Shown here: in pieces, positions 51,273 to 63,008 of the stretch
Layout of the letters: each line of letters begins with the position of its first letter
Position numbering within the stretch: the stretch's first letter is position 1
Source of the DNA: Lingula anatina
Taxonomy: Eukaryota; Animalia; Brachiopoda
Length of the DNA: 64,000 nucleotides
Reading direction: 5' to 3'
NCBI GenBank assembly: GCA_051362555.1
Contig: CM120645.1
Span: 2,790,001-2,854,000, forward strand
Position numbers and translations under genes: made by a program
Notes under the pieces: generated by a model
Seen by the model: only the letters and a program-made list of their open reading frames with translations
Database searches by the model: none
Told to the model about the DNA's origin: nothing

Positions 51273-53987
51273 CCAATACTTCTGTATTTTTTGTAACTGG
51301 CCTATTGCTAGTAGTAGGACCAAGGAATTATTATTACTATATAGTATGGTAAGAAATTACTTTGACAAACAACTGGTGTGAGACTGACAATGAGGTGAGT
51401 TTTTTTTTTTTTTTAATCTATGGATTTTTCATTTAATTTCAGTTTTTATATGCTTTGTATAAATTTCTTGTTTCTACATGTATGATTTTATCATTTTATT
51501 ATATTTATTTTTAACAGATTCCCGAATTTCATATCAGCTGACAATAAGGGAAGAGGTGTTCTGGTCAAGACCAGGGGAAATTATTTTCCATACGATTTTG
51601 TGTGATAGTGCTGTTGATGCAGGTGTGACTGAACAAGAAATGGTGTTTTGTAGAGTCTTGGATATTGTTTACCCTAGAAACCTTTCTCATAGCAGACAAG
51701 TTCTGGAACATTATTTTCTTCAAGTATTATACAGGATGGGCTTTGATCCAAAAGACTTCCATTGAGAGTGGCCTGCCTTTAAAGAGCACATAGGTGGCAT
51801 GTTTATAGTGAATAAAAGTAAAGATATGTGTACTGATTTGTTTCCAAGGCTAGGAGACCAGACAAAGATTAGAATACATACAATAATGCTAATTGAAATT
51901 GCCTTGTTCAGCCTGTCCACTTCTCAGGTGGAGAGAGGATACAGTGCTCTCAAAAGAATCGAATCTGACTGGAGGTCAAGTTTGGGGAATATTATGCTTA
52001 AGTTAACAAAATTTTGACAGCAGTTTTATAGGGGCCAGGTTTTGATGATCATTTAGTCAAGGAATCTATCAACCACTGGGTGGCAGGGTGGCACTCTGGG
52101 AAAACGGCCCAATTTTGAACTTGAAAATTGATTTTGTTTTCTGATTGTCATATCCAGGTAAATGACCTGGCAATTGAAGATTCTAAGGAAATAAAAAAAT
52201 TGAAACATATTCGTATACTGAAGTTTTTTTTAATGCACTTTGATATGTATTTAATTACAAATTATATTCAAGAATTTTCAGCTTGTATGTCAGTTTTGGC
52301 TAAAGTAATATTCATAACTTGCTGGGGCAGGTGCTTCTCCTGCCCTCAGACTTTGGCAAATGAGTTTATTGGAGCCTTGTTAACTGCTTTAATTTAAAAA
52401 GCAAAAAGTTTCAAAAAAACTTTCAAAAAGTTCAGTGCATGTTCATGAGGCTGAATGAACATTTCCCAGGGACACTGCTTTAAGGACATGTGTTTTAAAT
52501 GTTTACTTAGTTTTGTTTAGCACACAGATTTCAAAATTTTGCACTTTTAAAAAAGAGAAATGTAAATTTTAAATAGATTAGGGATATTTTTTCAAATTAC
52601 AATTGGAATAGTCTTATTTTATATAGTTTAATATGTAAGAGACAAAAATAGTACTAGTACATAGAAATAAATCTTGAGCAGTAAAATAAGAGAACAAGGC
52701 AGAAGTGCAGATCTTAATATAATGAATAAACGGTAAACCGGTGTTGAAAGGTTTTTTTATCAAAACCCTTTCGGGCTTTAAAAAGTACAACCTGGCCATA
52801 GGCCAGTATTTCATTGTAAATATTTATCCAATTAAAAAAATCTTGTTTTATTTATAACTAGATCTAGCAATATCTTTCTATATTGGTCAAAATTCACACT
52901 GGATTTCTTGTGGAGTGGGTCAACCGTCATAACTATACCATTTTTGATGTTTCAAGAATGAAGCATATAACTTGGAATATTTCTGATGTTAGATGTACAG
53001 CACTTGTTTGTATTTTAATTTTATTGTAACTTATTTGCTCTGATATTCAGAATATTTGAGAAAACTTGTAGTCTTGCCAAGTCGGGTCAGTGCTTCAGGT
53101 TGGTCACGTGACGCTATAAATTATGATGAAAATGGGGTTCCATTTTTGTCGTCGTTTTGGAGATGCACTAATTTCCTCACACAAAATGGGTAAAAATTGT
53201 AGGAGACATGCCTTATGATATATCATTTGAAAGTTTATGATCTTATCTTTCTGCAGGATGTAATTGTTTGAAAATATTTTGCGTTTCCTGCGATACATTA
53301 TCACAGTAGCCTACTGCACTTGAAAAAATCGATTTTGCCGACTTTTACACCGACTTCACGGGAATATGAACACTTTGCCAACGAGTTGGGACCCAAACGC
53401 AACATGTGTTTCATATCAACACAAAGCACACTTGTTTACCTTTTAGAATATATATAAAACGCTGGTGATATCAACATTGTAGCAATTTTGTTTAAATTGA
53501 AACACCCTAGTGCCACACGCTTCAAAATTGCGAGTGCTTGGCGTCGAGTTCACCTCGCGCTAAAAAAAATGGACAAAGCTGAATTTTCAATATATATATA
53601 CTGCCAGAGACCCAGTTTAACCAGCTTTCATGATTTAGTTTTTAAAACTTTGTACAATTTAAACTTCTTATAGAGATCTTCAAATAGAAAATTTCGGACA
53701 CCTGAAACGGGGCACCATTTGCAATCACCCGCGTGGATAAACCTTTCATTTTACCGTTCTGAATCTATTTTTTATGACGACTAACCTTAAAATTCCGAAT
53801 CCCTAGATATTCCCGCTTCTTTTTATATATCTATCGTTTAATCACATCAACTGTTGACAAAACTACACATGAAAATACGAAGAGCTCAAAAGTCGTCCAT
53901 TTTCACTCGATTTTGCTGAAAGTAGTGCGAAAATGGCCGTCGCTTCAGTCAGTGTGCACGCGCAGCTCGAAATCTGCGGACAGACTG
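49820..53987. mobile_element. 4.2-kb TIR DNA element with 3-bp TSD (superfamily uncertain)
   Basis: Perfect 16-bp TIR cagtctgtccgcagat / atctgcggacagactg with GTT on both sides. The empty site ctcaccgttgtaaaag is visible at 36972-36987. Confidence 0.85.
51515..52110 (+). pseudogene. hAT-type (ZNF862-like) transposase remnant
   Basis: ILCDSAVDAGVTEQEMVFCR resembles the first catalytic-D region. LIEIALFSLSTSQVERGYSALKRIESDWRSSL resembles the hAT C-terminal dimerisation motif. Frameshifts, stops and a large internal deletion. Confidence 0.6.
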
Positions 53988-56690
53988 GTTGTAAAAGACG
54001 GGTAACAATCACCACGTACAAAAAATAGCAATACAGGATGAATTAACAACATATTTACCTAGTGTTCTAAGTCTGTTTTCTTTTTTAAATCATGTCGTTG
54101 TATATTGTTGCCTAAAGTAAAAAAGAAATTAGGAATGTCCCTTTCCCTCAGATGACACACTCGGAGCTTGCGGAATTTTATGTAATTTTATGTAAAGCTA
54201 GTCCCTTTTTACTAAAAAAAAGTTTCACCTACTGCAAGAAATCATATCAAGGTGCATATTTTTATAGATACTTTTGTATTATAAAATATCAATAAAAGTT
54301 ACTATTTCATGTAAAAATTTATTTGATTTGTGTTTTTTTTTTTTTTTTTGTTTGTTTTATAGGAAATCATTTTATTTATTAAACTAATACACTTACTAAT
54401 ACGCTTTACTGCCCCAATATTAAACAAGTTAAAAATAGAACGTACTAGTAGGTCTTGCACAAGCAGTAGAAAGTTGGATCATCGAACGGCATAAATATGA
54501 TGTTGGGATATACATCTGTCAGTATTGCAAAACAGAAAACAAGGAGAAGAAACGAAGAAAAGGGGAGAATATTTATACAGGTACTGTTGTTGGCGTGACA
54601 TATAGTTTTAAGGTAGAAATATTATAATATATTTTGCTGGGGTGCACACATGATATTTTTCTAAGTGAGCTAGAGACTTGAAATTTGGTGCACAGATAGC
54701 CACACATTTGAGTATGAATAATCAATTAAAATTTTTAATCTATCTTATTTAGATCAAAAGTAATTCAAGTTTTAGTAACACCATGTTTGTTCTTTTTTTC
54801 AGGCGCCATTTTCAAAAATGAGACAAAAGTTGCCCCCATCATTTTTCATCCCCTTAATATTGTCACAGACATTTGAAATTTGGCACACATTAAGTATAGA
54901 AGTTGGGCATTAACCCAAAGTTTAAATTTTGGTTCTAGCATTTTCCTAAGCAGAGTTATGTGCATGTGAATTAAGCAAAATGAAGGATTTTTTGACGGTA
55001 AATGCTAGAAAATACACATTTCTTAGGTTTTATTAATCAACAAGACTAAAACTCTTGGCAGAATAGTTGTCTTACATATGAGTATTAGTACAAAATTAAT
55101 AGTATAAGTGGCAAATTGTCATTGTGAAAAAAAAACAATCATTCAAACTTAGGAACAACCCACACCCTGGAGATCATAAGGTTATTCTTGCATATGTACT
55201 CTTACTCCTTAGTATCGAACACATATGTATAGTATGTACATGGCACATAATTTTCTTTTATGATAAACTTCCTGCAAAAAATAAAAATGCCCCCACTTCT
55301 GAGGATGTTACCCCCATGCATATTTCCATCACCCCTGCTTATAAATGCTGATAAGGCAGTTTGTAATAAAATTCTCTCTCTACAGCAGTTGTCTTGATAT
55401 TAGTATAAACCAAAATTTAATTATATATTTCATGTCAGAAAACAATATCTGGTGAGCTTGAAAGAAAATAAATCAAGCTATATACATGTAGCACCTGTGA
55501 TACTACTATTTAAACCTACTAGTAATGCATAAATGTTTTAAAGCTTAAATATCATTGAAAATTAACTTGCCACGTATGAATGATAGACTTAATTTTTTAA
55601 TTCATGTGACTTAACAGAGTTTTCTGATCCAAGATTATATTGAAAAAGTATAAGAATTATCTGTAACAATATTTGTGCTTCCAATTTGTCTACCAATTTA
55701 AGTAAAGAATACACAAATGTGATTTAACCTCTGTTATAGGGAATTCTTGCACCACAAAACTGATTATTTTAGTTTTAAAAAACTGTTGGTTCAACTATAC
55801 TACAGAAGTCTACAAATATAAAAAGTAAATATAATATATCAATACAAATGACAGTAAGTTTTAAAAGGGAACTTGAGCTGTTTTAAGTCTTTGGCACGGA
55901 GATATATAAAAACAACATTAGTAAATCACAAAAAAAAAAAAAAAAATGGATAACCTATTCTCTTGTTCGCTTCCTCAAAAAAAATTTTTTAAATTTTATT
56001 TCGATGTACGTCCATCTCCTAAAGTTCTAGATATAAATATAATTATATACATATACTTAAATCTAAAGTTCTTCACACAAATACCTACATGTACATAGAA
56101 ATTTCCAAAAGGGACTTAACAATATTCACACCTTCCAGGTCATTTGAAGTCTTTGGCAAAGATGTGTAAACAGCATACGTAAATCACACACACACACACA
56201 CCAAAAAAAAAAAAAAAAAAAAAAATTAATTAATTAATCAATAATAAATCTGTCAAGGCCCCATTAAGACCTCTATAATCAGTCAGAGACGCTTAACCCA
56301 AGAAGTTACAACTCCTTGCTAAACCAGACAACCAAGAAGAAGAGTCAGGATTATTCAATGTATTGATGCCGCAAAACGGATGAAAACACCTGCTCAGAGT
56401 TAAATAATTATGTCAAAGTAGCTTGTCAAAGTCCACTCAGGCTTTAACTTTTTAGTGCATTTCACCATGATTCCCAACAAACTCATCACAATCAGGATTT
56501 TCTCTGTTATTATCACTTCTAACTGATGTATGCAAGCGATGTAACATTTTTGTTAAGCGTACGCAGTAAAAATTGACCTCGACTGGCTGCGGTCAACAAG
56601 CGTGTGCGAGGGGGGGGGGGGCGTTGAAATAAATTACAAAAAAAATATTTGCCCAAATTTGCCCAAAAATCTGAAATGTTGGTTAGAAAC

Positions 56691-59600
56691 TGTAACATAA
56701 ACGTGCTAACTCTGTAAGCCGCCATGCTGGAACACACGTGTATTATTCAAGTCGCTTACAACATTGTAAAATAAGAGGTGGTCGCTTAAGACAAATAAAA
56801 TGTTACATCTCCCTCTTTATAATCAACTAAGATTAATAAAGTAAATAAAAGCATGTAAATTAAAATAAATTCAGTTTTTGGTGTTCACAGTTCTTTGTGA
56901 GTGTTCACTTTAACTTAAAGTCTTTCAATGTTCAATGTGAGAAGAGCATTCAGAGTCTCTGATCTTCTAGTCCTTTTGTAAATAATTTTTTTTTTTTTTA
57001 CTTTAACTTAAAATCATTTCATGCTCCACAGAGAATGTCTTTAACAGTCCATTTAAATGAAAGAAAAGAAAATTAAAGAAAAGTCTTTGGCTGAGTCTTT
57101 GCATTATAACTTAAAACTGCTTTAAAGCAAGTCCACATGAAAATCCACATGTAGTATTAAATTAATACTGAATCGTTCACAAAACACAAGTTATAAATTT
57201 AATCTGTCTGGCAGTTTCACCACACGACCAGATCTTGTTACAATCCTTGGGGTATTAATTGCTGGTGTCACTGTTTTTGTTGGTGTTTTACACTGATCCT
57301 TGACAATATCTCGGGTTGGTGTTACTGTCTCCTCAGGTACTATATGCTGATCCTTGATAGGTGAATGTAATGGCTCATCACATGGCTCCAAGTCAACAAA
57401 ATTAGGATTATAGTGATGTGCTTTTTCTGTTGATGATCTTAAGTGCTGACGATTACGTCTGTATACACGGTCATTTCCTTCCACTATGTATGATCTTGGA
57501 TGTGTATGACGTTTAACAACAATGGCTGGTGCCCATGTTTTTGAACCTGGATGAGGCTGCATTCTCACATGTTCTCCAGGGTTGAAAGCTTTCAGTTCTT
57601 TAGCACCTTTCCTTTGATCATAATAATATTTCTGTTTTAGTTTCTCCTGGCTAAAATGACGTTTCACCTCTCGTTGGTTATATGCCTGTGGTTTTAACAG
57701 ATTTCGAGCTGCAGGCAGTGTGTTTCTAGGTCTGCGTCCCATTAACAACTGCGAAGGGGACAAGTTTATGCCTTCCAAACGTGTAGTTCTGTAGTTGAGT
57801 AGAGCAAGATACTTGTCATCACATTTTTTCCACATTTTCTTCACAATTTGAATAGCTCTCTCAGCTTCCCCATTTGAACCTGGGTACTGAGGACTGGAGG
57901 TCATATGTTCAATATCATACACTTTGCAAAATTGTTTGAATTCACATGAACTAAACTGTGGTCCATTGTCTGATCTGATTTTAAGAGGTATGCCATGACA
58001 ACTAAACACATATTTCATAGCATTGATTGTAGCAGTTGTAGTTGCGGCATTCTGTTCTACAACATCAATGTATTTTGAATAGTAATCAATGAGAAGTAGG
58101 TACTTCTTTGCTCCAAAGTCAAATATGTCACAACCAACTTCAGTATAGGGTAGATCTGGAGGGACGGTCGGTTTCAACGGTTCTGCGGGTAACCTGTTTT
58201 GATACTCAGAACATTTTATGCAGTCTCTCACCATGTTTTCAATTTCCATATTCATTCCAGGCCAAAACATGACTTCCCTTGCACGCTGTTTGCATTTCAC
58301 AACTCCAAGATGTGACTCGTGTATCAAGCTAAGCATGTACTTTTGTAATGACGGTGGAATAACTATTCTGAGGCCTTTGTAGATTACACCATCAAACACA
58401 GAAAATTGGTCTCTGGAGTCCCAGAAATTTCTAATTTCATAAGGTGTCTCTCTACGCGTATCTGGCCATCCTTGGACAATTGTGTTGTATAGAGGCTGTA
58501 GCTCTCTTTGCGTTCTTGTTCTAATATCAGAGTATCTCTCGCTGCTCACAGAGATCATATCAATTAAACATAAATCATCTAGTCCTGTCACGTCAGAACT
58601 GGTGTCTGGTAAGTATGCTCTCGACAATGCATCTGCTACCACCATATCTTTACCTTTCCTGTATACAACATTGAGATTGTACCACTGTAGACGTAGCAAC
58701 ATCTTCTGCAATCTCATTGGAACTGACAGTAATGGCTTCTTATAAATGCTCTCTAATGGCTTGTGGTCTGTGTACACTGTTGTTTCCTTACCGAAGATGT
58801 AGCAGTGGAATTTTATAGCTCCATGGACAATGGCGAGCATTTCCTTCTCTATTTGAGCATAACGCATTTCAACATCAGTAAGAGAACGTGACGTGTATGC
58901 TATGGGTCGGCCATCTTGTATTAGCACTGCCCCTAGTCCACTTCTTGATGCATCACACTGAATCTCTACGGGCTTGTTCACATCATAATAAGCTAATACA
59001 GGCGGTGTGCTACACAAGTGTTCGAGTTCCTCAAAACTTGCTTGTTGCTCATTTTCCCACTTGAATGACACATCATTCTTCAATAATGCTCTCAGTGGGG
59101 CATCCACCTGACTCAGGTTTGGTATGAACTTGGCTAGATACTGTACAAGACCAAGTATTCTTCGTACTCCATCCTTATCTGTGGGTGGTGTCATCTCAGT
59201 TATTGCGCGCACTTTTTCTGGATCTGGGCTCAGGCCCTCTGCTGTGAGGATATGTCCCACATACTGAACTCTGGGCTGACGCACCTGACACTTATCAAAA
59301 TTGAGCTTTAGGTTGTATTCAGTAGCTCTCTGAATAACCTTCTTGAAAATCAAATCATGATGCTCACTATCTGTGCCTGCTATCAATATGTCATCCATTA
59401 TAGCTGTGGCACCTTCTATGCCTTCAAGCATTTCATCCATGATTCTCTGAAAAATTTCTGGCGCCGATTTAATACCAAAGGGTAGGCGAAGCCATCTGTA
59501 CCTGCCAATTGGAGTGTTGAAAGTAGTCAAAAAGGATGACTGCTCATCAAGCTGTATCTGCAAAAATCCCTGTGTGGCGTCTAACACAGAAAACACTGTG

Positions 59601-61392
59601 GCTTTTGGAATACTAGCTACAACTTCTTCAATAGTTTTCAGTGGATGATGCTCTCTTTTGATTGCATTGTTCAAATCACATGGGTCTATACAGATTCTAA
59701 CTTTATCATTTCTTAATGAAACAACCATTGAACTGACCCATTCAGTTGGCTCATGGACTCGGGTAATGAAGCCATCTGATTCCATTTCCTGTAATTTCTC
59801 TAAGATGCGTGGCTTCAGTGATGCTGGCTGTCGTCTGGCTGGATGTATAACTCCCTTTGCTGTTGGGTCTATCTTTATGGTATGCTTACCTGGTAGCGTA
59901 CCTGTGTTCTTGGCAAGTTCAGTGAAATCATCTACACTGTTTACCTTGTTTACTCTGACTCTATGGAGGAGCCCAAGTTTCTCTGAAACTTCACCGTTAA
60001 TGACATTTTCCTGGTCTATGTCTACTATTTCAAAGTCAACTGGCAACTGAGTAGTATTGTATGCCACTGAAAGCTGCGCTTTTCCGATTGGGCGGATCTT
60101 GTGATTAGAGTAGGAGCGAAGAACTTTAGTTGTTTGGTTCAAGTTCTTGTGAAGACTAAGTTTTTCATAATCAGCTTTCACTAGAATGCTACATTTTGCT
60201 CCAGTATCTATACGAAATTTAAGTGGCTTGTCTTGGACATCTAGTGTCACTATCCATTTATCTTCAGCTGCACTGACAGAGTCAACATTTTCATCATCAA
60301 CTTCAGTTGTATGAATGTACAGTGGATCATTGTTGCTATCTTCACTCACTGAATCATCATAGTAAACATCATTATCACTTTCCTGTAAAGTGTGTACTGC
60401 CTTGGCTTTTCGTTTTCTGCATACTGAATACCAATGGTCTAGTCTTTTACAATATCTGCATTTGGTTCCTTTTGCTGGGCAAGTATTGTTTCTATGGGCT
60501 GTTGCAATATCTAAACCACACTGACCACATTTCTTGTTCTTTTGCTTCCAAGGTACGTGTTCCTGACTCTTAGAGGCTTGTGAGGGATTTCTACTAGCAT
60601 GGCTTTCCTTACTCTTATGTGACTTGTGATTAATGGCGGAAACTTCAACTTCTGGTCTTAGAATCTTCATTTGTTGCTGGGATGACTCATACTGTCTGCC
60701 TATTTCTAATGCTTGAGCTAGAGTAAGTATTTCCCCTTTTTCTAACAGTTTCTCTTGAACTCGAGGATAGTACACCCCACGTATTATACAGTCAATTAAG
60801 ATGTCTTCTGCATCTTGGTACTCACAATCCATAAGAATCAATCTGATGTCTTTTACAAAATTGTCAAATGTCTCACCTTCCTCCTGCTTCCTTTTCTGCA
60901 GATTAAATCTTTGTGCACGTTTGTTTTTTCTGGGTCTTACATAATTTTCAAGCTTGCCGAATATTGCTTCTGGTTTGTCCTCTTCATCTTCTTCCCAAGT
61001 GAATGTTTTATAAATTTCTCTCCCTTGTTTTCCAATCCACATGCCTAACCATCCTGCCCTTATCTTATCATCTGTTTGTGATAGTGGACCCTTGAAAACG
61101 AGCTCAGCATGCTGTCGGAATCGAGTAAATTCCAAGTACAAATTTTTAGACTCCCAATCGAAACTGGGTTGCTCGAATGCATATGCCATTTTAATTAGTG
61201 TCTCGCACAATTAAAATGTTATATGGCATGTGTAAGGACTCACTAATAGCTGGAAAAGTTTAACTTCTGACACCATGTAACATAAACGTGCTAACTCTGT
61301 AAGCCGCCATGCTGGAACACACGTGTATTATTCAAGTCGCTTACAACATTGTAAAATAAGAGGTGGTCGCTTAAGACAAATAAAATGTTACA
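56691..61392 (-). mobile_element. Full-length Ty3/Gypsy LTR retrotransposon, Mag-like
   Basis: Identical 117-bp TG...CA LTRs (56691-56807, 61276-61392) and a 5-bp TSD GAAAC. PBS TGGTGTCAGAAGT (61263-61275, complementary to a tRNA-Leu 3' end). PPT ATAAAGAGGGAGA next to the 3' LTR. Confidence 0.97.
57191..61210 (-). CDS. Gag-Pol polyprotein (Gag with two zinc knuckles, protease, RT, RNase H, integrase)
   Basis: Uninterrupted 1339-aa ORF; likely ATG at MAYAF. Motifs: CGQC..H..C and CRYC..H..C knuckles, DTGA protease, RLPFG..IMDD RT, CDAS..E..D RNase H, and HHCC plus D..D35E integrase (SDNGPQF..SNGEAER). Confidence 0.96.
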   Translation of the reverse strand: MCETLIKMAYAFEQPSFDWESKNLYLEFTRFRQHAELVFKGPLSQTDDKIRAGWLGMWIGKQGREIYKTFTWEEDEEDKPEAIFGKLENYVRPRKNKRAQRFNLQKRKQEEGETFDNFVKDIRLILMDCEYQDAEDILIDCIIRGVYYPRVQEKLLEKGEILTLAQALEIGRQYESSQQQMKILRPEVEVSAINHKSHKSKESHASRNPSQASKSQEHVPWKQKNKKCGQCGLDIATAHRNNTCPAKGTKCRYCKRLDHWYSVCRKRKAKAVHTLQESDNDVYYDDSVSEDSNNDPLYIHTTEVDDENVDSVSAAEDKWIVTLDVQDKPLKFRIDTGAKCSILVKADYEKLSLHKNLNQTTKVLRSYSNHKIRPIGKAQLSVAYNTTQLPVDFEIVDIDQENVINGEVSEKLGLLHRVRVNKVNSVDDFTELAKNTGTLPGKHTIKIDPTAKGVIHPARRQPASLKPRILEKLQEMESDGFITRVHEPTEWVSSMVVSLRNDKVRICIDPCDLNNAIKREHHPLKTIEEVVASIPKATVFSVLDATQGFLQIQLDEQSSFLTTFNTPIGRYRWLRLPFGIKSAPEIFQRIMDEMLEGIEGATAIMDDILIAGTDSEHHDLIFKKVIQRATEYNLKLNFDKCQVRQPRVQYVGHILTAEGLSPDPEKVRAITEMTPPTDKDGVRRILGLVQYLAKFIPNLSQVDAPLRALLKNDVSFKWENEQQASFEELEHLCSTPPVLAYYDVNKPVEIQCDASRSGLGAVLIQDGRPIAYTSRSLTDVEMRYAQIEKEMLAIVHGAIKFHCYIFGKETTVYTDHKPLESIYKKPLLSVPMRLQKMLLRLQWYNLNVVYRKGKDMVVADALSRAYLPDTSSDVTGLDDLCLIDMISVSSERYSDIRTRTQRELQPLYNTIVQGWPDTRRETPYEIRNFWDSRDQFSVFDGVIYKGLRIVIPPSLQKYMLSLIHESHLGVVKCKQRAREVMFWPGMNMEIENMVRDCIKCSEYQNRLPAEPLKPTVPPDLPYTEVGCDIFDFGAKKYLLLIDYYSKYIDVVEQNAATTTATINAMKYVFSCHGIPLKIRSDNGPQFSSCEFKQFCKVYDIEHMTSSPQYPGSNGEAERAIQIVKKMWKKCDDKYLALLNYRTTRLEGINLSPSQLLMGRRPRNTLPAARNLLKPQAYNQREVKRHFSQEKLKQKYYYDQRKGAKELKAFNPGEHVRMQPHPGSKTWAPAIVVKRHTHPRSYIVEGNDRVYRRNRQHLRSSTEKAHHYNPNFVDLEPCDEPLHSPIKDQHIVPEETVTPTRDIVKDQCKTPTKTVTPAINTPRIVTRSGRVVKLPDRLNL

Positions 61393-61754
61393 GAAACCTT
61401 AGTCCTTGTTCTTCTACATGGCATATATTTTGTCTTGCCGCCCTTTGCCGACTTCAAAAAATAAATCAGTTTAAAAGTTTGCCCTTAAAAATTTTCACTT
61501 CTGACCTCTCGTAGATCGCGAAAACAATACCCAAAAGGAAGTAACATCTGTTCTCTATCACGTGTTAAGGTAGGGTTGTTCCCGATGCAGTAGTTGAGAC
61601 ACGCCGTGCATTGTAAGAGCGGGTTGAAATCTGATACTCTGGGGACAGTTTTAATGGCGCTTCGCGAAATAGAACAACTAACGCCACCTAGGGACGTCTG
61701 CGCTCGCTAATTTTGCTAAATTGTAAATACACTGTATTATACAGTAGTGTATAA

Positions 61755-62726
61755 GGCCACACTTTTTTAATTTTATGGATGACATCCTGCGCGCGCACGG
61801 ATTTTCGCCCGTTCTCCAAAAAAAAAAAAAAAAAAAAAGCCCCCCCCCAGCCCCCAACGAAGTCGGTTGTCGCAAACGTTGTTATTGAATTTGCAAGGAA
61901 ATGAGCTTTCTGCGCATGCGTATTTTCGCCACGTGGAAATGGGCCACTTTGCTGTCAAATTCATCTCTAGGATTACTTTCAAATTACACAACAATAAAAG
62001 TCATAAAGAGAACGGGCGCCATCGTTTTGGATTGGTATGCCATTTATATTTGGCATGGAGATATCACCTTTTTACAATTGTGCGAAAGGCTGGCGGCGGC
62101 CGAAACATTTCTGTGACATTCTGTATAAAGCAGCACATTAATACCAGGTTTTCTGTAGCGAAAAAAGGGTCGACAAGGGCGTCGAGGTATTTGGTGGGCT
62201 GAAGGTCGGACAGGCCACCTGACAGTTTAGCTGCTTCGTGTGAGTTGAAGTTGACAAAATGGCATCGTCTGAAATGACCTTTAATAGATTTGGTAGTATT
62301 AAGCACATCTTTGCATCATTTTTTAAACATTGCTGTGAAGTGTTCAAAATGTTTTAATATTCTGAGATTACAAATAAAGACGCACTGTTTGATTGATATT
62401 TGTTTTATTGATTGCTATACCAAATGAATGCATGAAATAACCTTAAATAGATTTGGTAATATGAAGTATATCAATTCATGACTTTTTTTACATTTCTACG
62501 AAGTATTCACAATGCTTTAATATTTTGAGAGCATGGATAAAGACATATTGTTAGTTTGATACGTGTTTCTGTGGTTAAATTTGTGTTTCCAGCTGTGTAC
62601 CGACAGCATTCCTTTACTTAAGCAGTTTTTTTTTTTTTTTTGGACTGTTTTTTTTTTTTTTCGCCCTCTCGCACCGATTTTGGGGTACCCAGAGGATGTC
62701 ATCCATAAAAATAAAAAAGTGTGGCC
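61755..62726. mobile_element. Zator-like non-autonomous DNA transposon
   Basis: taa|ggccacacttttttaattttatggatgacatcc ... ggatgtcatccataaaaataaaaaagtgtggcc|taa: ~33-bp TIR, GGCC termini and TAA TSD. Confidence 0.75.
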
Positions 62727-63008
62727 TAAACATAAAAAAACCTCTCGTTGCTCTTTGCATATGCATTGCATGATTTTGAAGCAAATGCTGAATTAGAGCA
62801 AGCTTAAATGTAAATCAAAGGATACGAGATTATGCTGCCTATTGCTAGTTTTGCTGTTGGGAAATGTATTTTGCATGTGACATTTTATCTAATTATTATT
62901 GAAATTTATGAACATCCTTGCATATCTAGATCTACAGGCACTTAGAATGTAAATATTGTTATCATTGTCTTGTGTTTTTATTCAGATAACAAAGACAAAG
63001 CCTCAAAT

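Noticed and set aside
58482-61048. Plus-strand ORFs within the retrotransposon
   Set aside because: Antisense shadows of gag-pol with no env-like or other features.
61263-61275. tRNA 3'-end-like sequence ending in CCA
   Set aside because: It is the retrotransposon primer-binding site, not a tRNA gene; no cloverleaf is present.
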